Shown: positions 40,501 through 53,071 of the stretch, in pieces
Position numbering within the stretch: the first letter of the stretch is position 1
Layout: each line of letters opens with the position of its first letter
NCBI GenBank assembly: GCA_040954595.2
Contig: CM082584.2
Span: 2,945,344 to 3,009,343 of the forward strand
Origin: Balanoglossus misakiensis
Taxonomy: Eukaryota; Animalia; Hemichordata
Reading direction: 5' to 3'
Length of the DNA: 64,000 nt
Translations under genes and position numbers: made by a program
Notes under the pieces: model-generated
Told to the model about the DNA's origin: nothing
Database searches by the model: none
What the model saw: the letters and a program-made list of their open reading frames with translations, nothing else

Positions 40501-41582
40501 GAGGGATTTCAGAGAAAATGATTTTTGAGCAAAATTGGTAAAAATCTCCCAAACTTACAAATAGGCAATTTACAAAAACCACCTTAGATCAAATATAGGA
40601 AGCTTCATGCTAAATTATAAAGAAATTGGCTATCACTTCCATAAATTGTTTATTTACAAAAAATATGGAAAAGTCCAAACAAGCATAAAAAATAGAAAAT
40701 TCATGATATGAGCTCAAAACATGCAGGACTTTGAAGTCGTCATGCATACAAATGTATAAAGCAATTTGCCCAGTAGTTGATGAGTTTAGACTAATTTAAC
40801 ATTTTTCAAGCTCATTTGCACATTTTTGGCCATGACAACTTAAACAAAATTATATCTACAGAACAGCCTTTACACTCCAAATATTGCGGCTATAAGTTTT
40901 TGTTGTGGATGGACATAGATACAGAAGCAGCTGAATCGCATAAGGTCCCAGTGGTATACACATATATTGAATGGGGCCTACAAAGATTGACTAAATTTAC
41001 AATCAATCTGACAAGTAGTTTCAAACAATTTTTGATGAAAAGTTGCAAAATTTCCCAGAAGTTTCACCAAATTTCACACCAACATTTTACTTAGGTTTAC
41101 ACCCCTCGCCTGAGTAGGAACACGCCTTCCAAATTTCAAAGCTATCTGACAAAAAGTTTCCGAAAAACGATTTTCGACTCGGAATGGCAAAAATTGACCA
41201 AACATTACAAATATGCAAAACTGGCAACAATTTGCGCCAAACTAACTAAGATCACAAAATGAAGGAAAAAAATCTCCAATGAGTTGAAATGAGAAATCCA
41301 TGTACACAAACATTTGTGAAATACTTCCCCTATACCCTTAATACAATTAGGTACCCTATTCAAATAGTCATAATCAACCCACTTCTTGATCGTGGAGGAT
41401 AGCACTACATAAAGGTTACCAAGTGGAGAATATTCATCCGACAAGTGATTATTAGAGGTGTGCATAATAAACCAACGGTGGATTGCTGCCCCAATAAAAT
41501 TGAGAGGGTGAATTAACTATTTGATTAAAAACAGTAACATATAAACTGGCTATGAAGCATGTATACAACAAGTTGTGGTTAC

Positions 41583-41684
41583 CAGAAAAAGGTACTTCAC
41601 GGGGCCGCAAGGGTCTTTAACATAGGGTCCAAGGTCTTCTCCCCCTCCTGCACAGCCTAATGATGACCATTTAAGACAGTCCAC
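41583..41684 (-). ncRNA. Exon B1 (102 nt), purine-rich arm GUGCAGGAGGGGGAGAAGACCUUGGACC
   Basis: tttgattcacag|GTGGAC...TTTCTG|gtaacc; complementary to A1. Confidence 0.68.
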
Positions 41685-42197
41685 CTGTGAATCAAATATA
41701 TGTGCATGTTTATAAGTAACCAATCACAAACTTGCATTATGTCATACTAATAAGTCAAAATATGCAGAACATGGTATAATGTAGGGTCAAGGCTGTGTTG
41801 TGACAACGCATAACAATAGAATACTTAGCAGATAAATCTGTGAAACAGCAATTTTGAAACTCCATTTACAACTGACTAAGTAATAGTACTGCAGAGTATA
41901 GAAGCTCCATATGGGTATACTCTTACATGGCAATCAGGTGACAAATGATATTTATGTGTAAACAACAAAAACATGCACACAGACTTAATAACACTGTACC
42001 TAAAACATACCCACCCATGGACGGCAAACAAATAATTAAATTCAAGGCGCCTATATACAATTATAGCTATGGGTAATTCTGCCAATTCTAAATGTGTCCA
42101 AACTGAATTCATGTCCAGTTCATTCACCTCATCATAATCACATTACAGGAAATCAATAATGCCCTAAAAAAGCAAATAAAGATGAACTCATGCTTAC

Positions 42198-42282
42198 CAG
42201 AAAGTAGTCTTAACCAAGCTTCAGCGCACAGGAGAACGAGAAACCCTGGACCAGTTGAAATTGCGACAATCATGGCTTCCAT
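42198..42282 (-). ncRNA. Exon A1 (85 nt), pyrimidine-rich arm GGUCCAGGGUUUCUCGUUCUCCUGUGC
   Basis: tactaac...tttcattcacag|ATGGAA...TTTCTG|gtaagc. Confidence 0.7.
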
Positions 42283-42829
42283 CTGTGAATGAAATATGCA
42301 TAGCAGTTAGTAACAAATCATAAACCTGTAGGTCGCAATATATGGGATGTGATATAAGGGAGTGTTGAGAATATACTTCCCCAGGAATTGAGGTAGCTGT
42401 AGGATTTCCAGGGGGCCATCGATTTTTTTACATGAGAAATTGGGGGGGGGGGCACATAACACCAGACTTTTAGGGATGGCTATGAAAAAATAGCGTCAAG
42501 GACACTGTGGTCCCATTTGAGGATTACACAGAATTAGTTATAGACAAGAATAAAAATCACATGCGACACTGGCAAGCAGATATGACCTAACCATATATAA
42601 ATATGAAAATGTAAAACAATTAACAAGGACCATGCCCAATAGACTGTCATGTGTCATGGCAGTCTTACAAGTGATGCAAGAAAAATTTATGTTTGACCAA
42701 AAATTGTGTGTAGAAACACACATGACAAGCAACTTCTTACAGTCAGCCCTTGGACAGACTGACAGACATTCAATAGCTAGTGGTCTCTGTAATAGCTGGC
42801 CTATTAAGTTATGTAAACATGTAGTGTAA

Positions 42830-43606
42830 ACAGTCTCGGGGTACCAATACCTTGTAAACAGTAACTTTCAATGCAACTGGTCATGAGTTTAGAAGATTTG
42901 CTAACCGAAATCAATAATTTGCAAAAAAACTCGCTAAATATTTGTTCAAAAGTGGCAAAAACACATACAAGCAAATATCACCAAAATTGTTCAAAATCCT
43001 AACTTCAATCACCACAAGGAACATGCCTGCCAAAAAGGGAATCAATCAAAGCAATCTGACAAGCGGTTTCAGAGGGGAAAAATAACAAAAAAATTATCAT
43101 CAAAATTATAAATATGTAATTTTTTGCAATAATTTGAACAAAACCATGGTTGCTCAGACAACCTATAAGAAGCTTCATACTAAATTTCAAAGAAGTAGGC
43201 CGATCACTTTCAGAAATGAAGATTTTTTACCAATAATGTTGAAAAATTAATATAAACAAATGCATCAAAAATAGAAAATCAATATTAGCTCTAAACATAC
43301 AGGACTGTTTGAGGTAGACATAAGGTACCTGCATACCAATTTCCAAATTAATCTGATTAGTAGTTGGTGAGTTTGAGTTTTGACCCATTTCATATTTTTC
43401 CACCTAATTTGCATATTTTTTAAAGTCAATGACAACTCCATTTGAAGAAACTCCCTTTTACAGCCCAACATGCATCTACACACCAAATATCAAGGTGATA
43501 CACGCAGCGGTTTTCAAGTTTTTGATGTGGACGGATATACAGACATACATCCATCCATACATACAGACGCAACTGATTCCATTAGGTCCCAAATGGGACC
43601 TAAAAG
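42830..43606. mobile_element. Degenerate non-autonomous Helentron-associated (HINE/DINE-like) element; further copies near 40.4-41.0, 45.1-46.9, 49.4-51.0 and 53.1-54.6 kb
   Basis: Repeated AAATTTCAAAGCAATCTGAC...GTTTCAGAGA-type internal units, (CATA/CAGA)n tract, then terminal hairpin TAGGTCCCA-AA-TGGGACCTA (43583-43602) followed by an A run. Left boundary approximate. Confidence 0.6.
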
Positions 43607-46600
43607 TTCAAAGCAACCTGACAAGCGCTTTCAGAGAAAAAAGTTTTTGATAAAAATTGTACAAAAATTCCCCAATAACACAAACACGCAATTTTAAGCA
43701 TATTTTACATCTTACTTGGGTTACCCCCTAGGAATCTGCGTACCAAATTTCAAAGCATTTTGAGCAAAAATGGCAAAAATTGTTCAAAATTAAAAATGCC
43801 AATTTTACAACAATTTCGATTTGAACAAAACTATGGTAACTCGGACCATCTATAGGCAGCTTCATACTATATTTTGAAGGAGTCAGTCTATCGCTTTCAG
43901 AAATGAAGATGTTTTTACCAATAATGCAGAAAAAGACAAAACGATAAAAAATAGAAAATTCATAATATTAGCTCAAACCTACAGGACAGTATGGCGTTTA
44001 TTGACATATTTATATGAATATGGATAGCGTATGATGGGGGAGGGAGTATAAATTCTGAGGGTGTCATCAATTTTTTGTCATAACTTTTGGGGGGCATATA
44101 AAAAAATAACCTAAAATGTAGGAAATCCTACACCCCTCCCCCCCCCCAAGCTTTTATTCTTGCCAACAACTTTTTATAAAGGCCTCTGCAGTTTTGAAAG
44201 AAAGATTGCCTGCTATGTTAGACTATCAATCTACAGAGGGGATGAAAAATCCTATGTGAAGTGTCCAGTTTTTGATCAACTTCCGTAAGTTTCAACAGGT
44301 AAAAATATACCCGTAAATGTTTATCAACTTCACTACGTCTGAAACAGTATGCTTGCAAATGTATTAATATAGTCAGATAACATGAATAGTGAAGATAGCA
44401 AAACAAACAGGTTTATGCTTATGGCCATACCTACTATTAGCGATTGACATGTTGTACATAGCAAATTATTGTTTGGAGTTATGATCAACATGTTTTTATT
44501 GCATAAAGTCTCTTTATTGCATGTTTCATTTTACTCTGGAGAGAAATCTGTCCAAAGACGTTTACAGACTTGATGGGGATGATTTTGAATAGTGTTCTCA
44601 AAAACCTGCAATTTCATGCCCTATATTATGAAGTTGAGGAGGGGTTGTATTCCTAGTAGGATGTTGAAATCACTGGAGAGAAACCATGTCAGTATAAAAA
44701 ATTGCTAGGGGTGGTATCAAAGTTTGAAGATACCCAACATGATAAAATCAGTGTCCACACAAGTTTTAAGCAGCTTGCAGGACTGTAAATAGCAAGTAAT
44801 TCAAGTGTGTGTTTTTCAACCCAACATAACAAGTGGACTGATGAACTGACTAATGATCTCTGAAATGCCTAAATGTTTTTGGACATTGGCTAATCAAGGG
44901 GCTAAAAGTGTCTAATGGGAGACCTGTTCGAGACGATTTTGTGATATCAAGAAACCATGGAATACCTGCTCAAAAATTTTGAGTGACCTGCCACTGGGTA
45001 ATTCAAAATAGAATAGCTGGTGGTCTGTGTAAAAGCTGGCATATTAAATTTACGTAAACATGTGGTGAATACAGTCTAAGTTGGGTATACCATCACCTTG
45101 TTAACATACAGTAACTTTCAAAGAAACTGGGCAATTGGTTCAAGAGAAGATTTGCTATCCAAAAACAAAGAATTTATAACAAAACTACCTAAATATTAAA
45201 AACCAGACTTTAATAAAAGTCGCACATACAGGTACATGTGTTATGAAATTGTAAACTAACTTCCAAAGCAATCAGAAAAAATAGTATTACCCCTAGGAAT
45301 ATTCCTACCAAATTTCAATGCAATCAAAAGAACAGTTTCAAAGAAAAACACATTTGTTCAAAAGTGGCAAAAACACAAATATGCAAAAATCACTATAATT
45401 GTTCACCATCTTATTTTAATCACTACAAGGAACATTTCTGCCAAAGTTTGAGATTTGGGGACCTAACCCACCATAAATTGCAACAGAATTTTTTTCTTCA
45501 GAATATATTTTGGAGAGGTGTCTAGATTAATTGAACCCGAATCCACCTTGTAGAAATATTTCTAATTTGCATACATTTAATATTGAAAATTTTGGGGCCA
45601 AATATCAAGAAATAAACACGACCTTTTCTATGATTTTAAAGTATAAAAATATTTCATGTACATTAAGAACCATCTTGAAGTAATATTTATGGGCAGATTT
45701 CATAATTTGCATAAATTCAATATGCTGAACAGTATTCCTAGAGTCCCATATTTGGGCTGTATATTGGGTATTACACAAGCTATTTTAGTGTTTTTATTCA
45801 AAACTATCTGTATGACATTTGGAACAATTTTGAAAAAAAAAAAAAAGTTTACGTTTGCACTTTATATTTTGAATAAATTCAATATGGCCACCAAATGAAT
45901 GTTCTACAGCTTATCATACTCCAGCATATGTAATATAACCCCATACTAAATTTAGAAGGATTCAGACTATCGCTTTCAGAAGTGAAGATTTTTTTTGCCA
46001 ATAATGTGGAAAAAGAAAAAAAAATTAATAAACATTAGAAAATTCATAATATTAGCTCAAAACATACAGGACTGTATGGGTTCATTGACATACCAATTTT
46101 CAGATCAATCTGACCAGTGGTTGTCGAGTTTCTGACTTTTGACCAAATTTCACATTTTCACAGGTAATACTTTCGGCAATGACAACCTCATTTGAACAAA
46201 ATCCCATCTACAGCCCCGACTGCATCTACACACTAAATATGGAAGTGATACGCGCAGCGGTTTTCATCCATTCACTCCATACATACAAATGCAACTGATT
46301 CCTCGGGTCCCAATCATATACATGCACATAAACCAAATGGGACCTAAAAATTGCTCCAAAATTATAAATACCCAAATTTTGGCAATAATTTAAACAAAAC
46401 TAAGGTTGGTAACACAGATCACCTATGAAGCTTCATACTAATTATCAAACAAGTCAGCTGATCAATTCCAGAAAAGTAGATTTTTTACTGCTAATGTGGA
46501 AAGAAACAAAAAATGCATTTAAAAAAATCACATTATTAGCCCACAACATATAGAATTGTGTGAGGTTAACGTAAGGTACATGCACACCAATTTTCAATTT

Positions 46601-48001
46601 TGAAAGCAATTTGCCCAGTAGTTGTCGAGTTTCAGAGTTGACGAATTAGACACTTTCCCAGTTAATTTGCATATTTTGGCAATGACAACTTCATTTAGAC
46701 AAACTCCCATCTACCCCTGTGCCTGCATCTCCACACTAAATATCAAGGTTTCCAAGTGTTTGATGTTGACGGACATACAAACATCCATACATACATCAGG
46801 TGCAACTGATCCAATAAGGTCCCATGGTATAAATACAAATACCAAATGGGACATAACAATTCTGATAAAATGCCTACATAGCTAGTGTAAAAACACTTGT
46901 ACCTTCAACGCCCTTGGACAACACATTTTTGTAACTTCCCCAGATCAATGGCTAATATGACTTTCCAAAGGCGACTAAAATTTGGGGGGGGGGGGGGGGC
47001 TGATGCAAATTCTGATACATGTACTTCATGATTTAGAGAAATGGTGAAAATCCTGTCAACCAAATTACAGGGAAATCAGATTTTCCATGTAAAATCATAT
47101 CACCCAAAAATGTCAAAAGTGTCGAAAATAATTTTGAAACAAAAAGTCTACTCAAAATCATACCAAAATTTAAAGTTTAATGCAGTTGGGCAAGTAATTT
47201 GAGAATGAGGAAATTTACAAAATAATTTATAAATAATTTACAAATGCCGCACACAAACTTACAATTACTACCATGGTACCAGCAGAGACATTGCGATCGA
47301 GCAATCCCCAAGATATACATGACATGGTCTAATACAAATATTGAATATGTAAAATAAGTACACAACACTTCCAGTCTTTCAGTACAGTCAGCTGCTTGTG
47401 AACAATTTGCAGGTAGGTATTTCATCAAATTTACAGACCAAGTCATGCCTATACAATTCTCCCCTGAAATACGTTTTAAGCTACCCTAAGTGAGTGATGA
47501 AAATCTCATATTGTCGACAATTTCAAGATGGCCGATTTTTGCCATGTTAAAGAAATGGGAGTTCATAAGCTAAAGTGATAATGGGTCATTCTTGAACTTT
47601 TTAACAGAAAAAATAACAAAATGTGAAAAAAGTTTAATGAGTTTAATATGCTAACTACAGAGAACGACATGTTTGACCAAAGCATGAAATACAAAAAATG
47701 TATCATTTCTTCTATCTCTTACTACAGTGGGTTGTGGACTTTTCGCCCAGAATGCAATGTGATTTGACGCCTAGTGCAAAGTGAAAACCTATTTAAGGCA
47801 GCCAGAATGTTCTGCACAGTATGACGGGAAACATTTGTAAAGTCATGGCTAGCGTGGGCTGGTAAGTTTATGGGACTCTCCATGATAACCGATTGTGGCT
47901 TGCCACCACCATAATTTTGAAAGGGCGACTTCACTGTTTGATGGGAAAAGGTAGCATTTACAAACAAGCTATGGAGCATGTATACAGCAAGTTGTGCTTA
48001 C

Positions 48002-48074
48002 CGGAAAGCGGTCTTGGAAAAGGCCTAGGTATTCTCTTCCTCCTCCGGCATACGTTGAAATGCTGTGTTTAAGA
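48002..48074 (-). ncRNA. Exon B2 (73 nt)
   Basis: tactaat...tttgattcacag|TCTTAAAC...TTTCCG|gtaagc. Confidence 0.7.
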
Positions 48075-49258
48075 CTGTGAATCAAATATATGCAAATATT
48101 AATTAGTAACCAATCAACTTTGTTTTAGAATTATGTGGGCCATACTAATTAGTGAAAATATGCAAAACATGGTATAATGTACGGTCAGACTGTGCTGCGA
48201 TAATGTACAACAGTGGAATACGTCGATCTTAAAACTCCATTTACATCAGTACTGCAGTAAAGTGGTCCACATGGGTATATACCCCAAACATTGCAATTAG
48301 GTGACAACTGAAACTGACATGATATCAGATTCTGTAAATGACAGAAGGTGTACACGCACTTTGACATCTATGTAACACTGTACAATGATTTCTTTGTTTG
48401 TTGTGAAAATGAAACTTGCATTTGATCCATCTCACTTTTCATACAACTGATTAGCATAAGAATGTACATTGTTGGCAATTATAAAACATTTATTTAAGTA
48501 TAGAAAAGTAAGCCTTAAAATTTAAACTTTAAATATCAGTATACTAAAATGTTTCAAACGTGGCTGTTAGTATATCTCATATACGTGGTGGCGGAAGTAG
48601 ATGTTGTTACCAGGGAAGACATATTGAACACAGACAAGCCCAATAGTCGCTTGGTGATTTTTTATCTTTATAAAGATTCTCAAAACTTTTTGTGCATTTA
48701 GTAGCTTTGAGCAAGTTTCTGGTACTGATCAGATTTCCGAATTCAGGACTGCGCTTCTCTGGCTTTGGTCACCATCAGCCAATGTGATCCTACGCACACA
48801 TTTTTGAAGAAAAAAAATCCAGCCTGTTTGTGTCATGATTTATATTTTCTTTGCGGCCTAAGGTATTGTTTTATTTCACTCTAAACAACATTACTTTCCT
48901 TCATGTGTCTATACATAATAATAGATCTCTTAGCCAGTTTGATTAAGCATGGTGTTGGACTAGCACACTTTCAGCCAAAGTTACGGTATCTCCCTGTGTA
49001 TTGATATGGGAGTAATTTCTAGCTATATGGTTAAGGAAATGCATCCAAATTTAATTTATGCATCACATGAAGATTTGAACTTGACCATTTAATTCATGTC
49101 ATCACGATCATATCACAGGCAATCGAGGCCAGAATTCGAAGGGAAAAAAAAGTATTGATAACTGGAATGTGTAAATTAGTTCGTAGACATACAAATTGCT
49201 TCCTATTGCTTCGGTTGCAAAGCCCGATAAAAGCAAATATATAGCAAGTCATGCTTAC

Positions 49259-49333
49259 CATTGAGCGGTCTTAAACTCGCCCCAGACGAGGAAGAGAATC
49301 CTGAGTTGAAATGCAGGCAATCTCAGGCAGCAT
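49259..49333 (-). ncRNA. Exon A2 (75 nt)
   Basis: tactaac...tttgattctcag|ATGCTG...CAATG|gtaagc. Confidence 0.7.
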
Positions 49334-52300
49334 CTGAGAATCAAATAGACCTAGAAGTTAGTAACCAGTCATAGTAGCTCTAAGTTGGATGTAAAAGTCT
49401 AAGTTGGGTGTACCAACTCACCTTGTTAACAGTAACTTTCAAAGAAACTGGGCAATTGGTTCAAGAGAAGATTTGCTATCAAAAAACAAAGAATTTACAA
49501 CAAAACTACCTAAATATTAAAAACCAGACTTTAATAAAAGTCGCACATACAGGTACATGTGTTATGAAATTGTAAACCAACTTCTAAAGCAATCAGAAAA
49601 AAAATTTGGGTTACCCCTAGGAATTTTCCTACCATATTTCAAAGCCATCAAAAAAGCAGTTTCAAAGAAAAACACATTTGTTCAAAAGTGGCAAAAACAC
49701 AAATATGCAAAAATCACTATAATTGTACACCATCTTACTTCAATGACTACAAGGAACATTCCTGCCAAAGTTCAAAGCAACCAGACAACGGTTTGAACGT
49801 TTTCAGAGAAAACAGTTTTTGACAAAGATTGCATAAAATATCTCCAAATAAGACAAAGATGAAGTTTTAACCATTTTTAAGACATCTCACTTGGGTTACC
49901 CCTGGGAATCTGCCTACCAAATTGCAAAGCATTCTGACCAAAATTGGCATAATTGCTCAAAATTATAAATATGCCCATTTTACAACAATCTGAAAAAAAA
50001 TATGGTAACTCGGACCACCTATAGGAAGCTTCATACTAAATTTCGAAGGAGTCGGACTATCGCTTTCAGAAGTGAAGATTTTTTTACCAATAATTTGGAA
50101 AAAGACAAAAAATTAATAAACATTAGAAAATTCATAATATTAGCTCAAAGCATACAGGACTGTATGGGGTTTATTGACATACAAGTTTTCAGATCAATCT
50201 GACCAGTGGTTGCTGAGTTTCTGACTTTTGACCAATTTCACATTTTCACAGGTAATACTTTTGGCAATGGCAACCTCATTTGAACAAAATCCCATCTACA
50301 GCCCCGCCTTCATCTACACACTAAAAATGGAAGTGATATGCACAGCAGTTTTCATCCGTTCATCCATACATACAGATGCAAGTCATTCCATAGGGTCCCA
50401 ATCGTATATATATATATACACAAACCAAATGCCATGGGACCTAAAAATTGCTACACAATTAAAATACACAAATTTTGCAACACTTTAATCAAAACTATGG
50501 TAACTCAGATCACCTGCGAAGCTTCATACTAAATTTCAAACAAGTCAGCTGATCAATTCCAGAAAAGTAGATTTTTTACCGATAATGTGGAAACAAAAAA
50601 TGTAAAACATTGGAAATTCACATAAGCTGACAACATAAAGGGCTGTGTGAGGTTACTATAAGGTACATGCATATCAATTTTCAATTTTTAAAGCAATTTA
50701 CCCAGTAGTTTTTGAGTTCCTCAGTTTTGACAAATTTGACACTTTCCCAGCTCACTTGCATATTTTGGCAATGACAACTTCATTTAGACAAACTCCCACC
50801 TACTGCCTTGCCTGCATCTCCACACTAAATATCAAGGTCACACGCCAGTAGTTTCCAAATGTTTGATGTTGATGGACATACAGACAAACAGCCATACAGA
50901 CATCCATACATACAGGTGCAACTGATCCTGTAAGGTCCCATGGTATAAATACATATACCAAACGGGACCTAATAATTTTAATAAAATGCCTTCATAGCTA
51001 GTGTAAAAACCACTTGTACCTTCAACGTGCTTGGACAACACATTTTTGTAACTTTCCCAGATCAATGGCTAATTTTTTTTTGGGGGGGAGGGGGCGATGC
51101 AATTCTGATACATGTACTTCATGATTTAGAGATCTGGTGAAAATCCTGTCAACCGAATTACAGGGAAATCAGATTTTCCATGGAAAATCATTTTACCAAA
51201 AAATTTCAAAAAGTGTAGAAAATAAATTTGAAACAGAAAGCCTACTCAAAATCATACCAAAATTTAAATTTTAATGCAGTTGGGCAAGCAATTTGAGAAT
51301 GAAGAAACTTAGAAATAATTTATAAATTGAAAATAATTTACAAATGCTTCACACAAACTTACAATCACTACCATATTACTGTACAAGTTAAAAGGACATT
51401 GTACCAGCAGAGACATTGCGATCGAGCAATCCCCAAGATATACATGACATGGTCTAATTACAAATATTGAATATGTAAAATAAGTACACAACACTTCCAG
51501 TCTTTCAGTACAGTCAGCTGCTTGTGAACAATTTGCAGGTAGGTATTTCATCAAATTTACAGACCAAGTCATGCCTATACAATTCTCCCCTGAAATAAGT
51601 TTTAAGCTACCCTAAGTGAGTGATGAAAATCTCATACGGTCGACAATTTCAAGATGGCCGATTTTTGCCATGTTAAAGAAATGGGAGTTCATATGCTAAA
51701 GTGATGATGGGTAATTCTGGGACTTTTTAACAGAAAAAATAACAAAATGTGAAAAACAGTTTAATGGGTTTAATATGCTAACTACAGAGACAGACATGTT
51801 TGACCAAAGGAAGTCATGAAATACAGTAAACATATCATTTCTTCTATCTCTTACTACAGTTGGTTATGGACTTTCCGCCTTGAATGCAATGAGATTTGAC
51901 CCCCTAGCGCAAAGTGAAAACCTATTTAAAGCAGCCAGAATTTTCTGCATAGTATGACGGAAACATTTGTAAAGTCATGGGTAGCATGGGTTGGCAGGTT
52001 TATGGGACCCTGCTCATGTTCCCTCGAATAAAACATGATACATGTTTGGTGACTTATTATTCTGTATTTGTTGATTTTGTCATATTTTCAGATAAATCCC
52101 TATCAATCAGTCATATTTGTTGGCCTTGCTATACAGCGAAATATAAATCTTGTTGACTGAAATTGTTGAGGATAGTGTTACATAAAGGTTACCCATTGGA
52201 AAATATTAAAATGATTATTAGTGGTGTCCAACTCTTCATGATAACCAGTTGTGGCTTGCCACCACCATAATTTTGAAAGGGCGACTTCACTGTTTGATGG

Positions 52301-52357
52301 GAAAAGGTAGCCTTTACAAACAAGTTATGGAGCATGTATACAGCAAGTTGTGCTTAC

Positions 52358-52430
52358 CGGAAAGCGGTCTTGGATCAGGCCTAGGTATTCTCTCCCTCCT
52401 CCGGCATACGTTGAAATGCTGTGTTTAAGA
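52358..52430 (-). ncRNA. Exon B3 (73 nt)
   Basis: Paralog of B2 with intact splice sites. Confidence 0.68.
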
Positions 52431-52996
52431 CTGTGAATCAAATATATGCATATTAATAAGTAACCAATCAACCTTGCTTTGGAATTATGTGGGCAATACT
52501 AAATAGTGAAAATATGCAAAACATGGTATAATATAGGGTCAGAAAAAATATCCAGCCTGTTTGTGTCATGATTTACATTTTTCTTTCTGACCTAAATTAT
52601 TGTTTTTGTCACTTTAAACAACATTACTGTCCTTCATAAGTCTAATATGATAATAGACTTCTTAGCCAGTTTGATTAAGCATGGTGTTGGACTAGCGCAT
52701 GTTCAGCCAAAGCTACAGTATCTCCCTGTGTATTGGTATGGGAGTAATTTTAGCTATATGTTTAAAGAAATGCATCCAAATTTATTCTATGCTCCATGTG
52801 AAGATTTGAAATTGTGAGTTGTCCATTTAATTCATGTCATCACTACCATATCACAGGCAATCAAGGCCAGAATTCGAAGGGGAAAAAACAAGTATTGAAA
52901 TCTGGAATGTGTAAATTAGTTCGTAGACATACATTGCTTCCTATTGTACCGTTTGCAACGCGTGATAAAAGCAAATATATAGCACGTCATGCTTAC

Positions 52997-53071
52997 CATT
53001 GAGCGGTCTTAAACTCGCCTCGGACGAGGAAGAGAATCCCGAGTTGAAACGCAGACATTTTCAGGCAGCAT
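52997..53071 (-). ncRNA. Exon A3 (75 nt)
   Basis: Paralog of A2 with TACTAAC (plus-strand 53095-53101) and intact splice sites. Confidence 0.68.

Larger units (their letters stand above)
45073..49381. repeat. Older diverged copy of the A/B exon-containing duplication unit
   Basis: Colinear with 49396-53119 (e.g. ORF-track peptide MTWSVNLMKYLPANCSQ at 47446, 51572 and 55177) with substitutions and indels. Confidence 0.88.

Noticed and set aside
48971-49105. Intronic box C/D snoRNA (RTGATGA seen in the A-B introns on the minus strand)
   Set aside because: The nearest CTGA is 130-200 nt away, there is no terminal stem, and the region between is not conserved in unit 1. A snoRNA scan could still be run.
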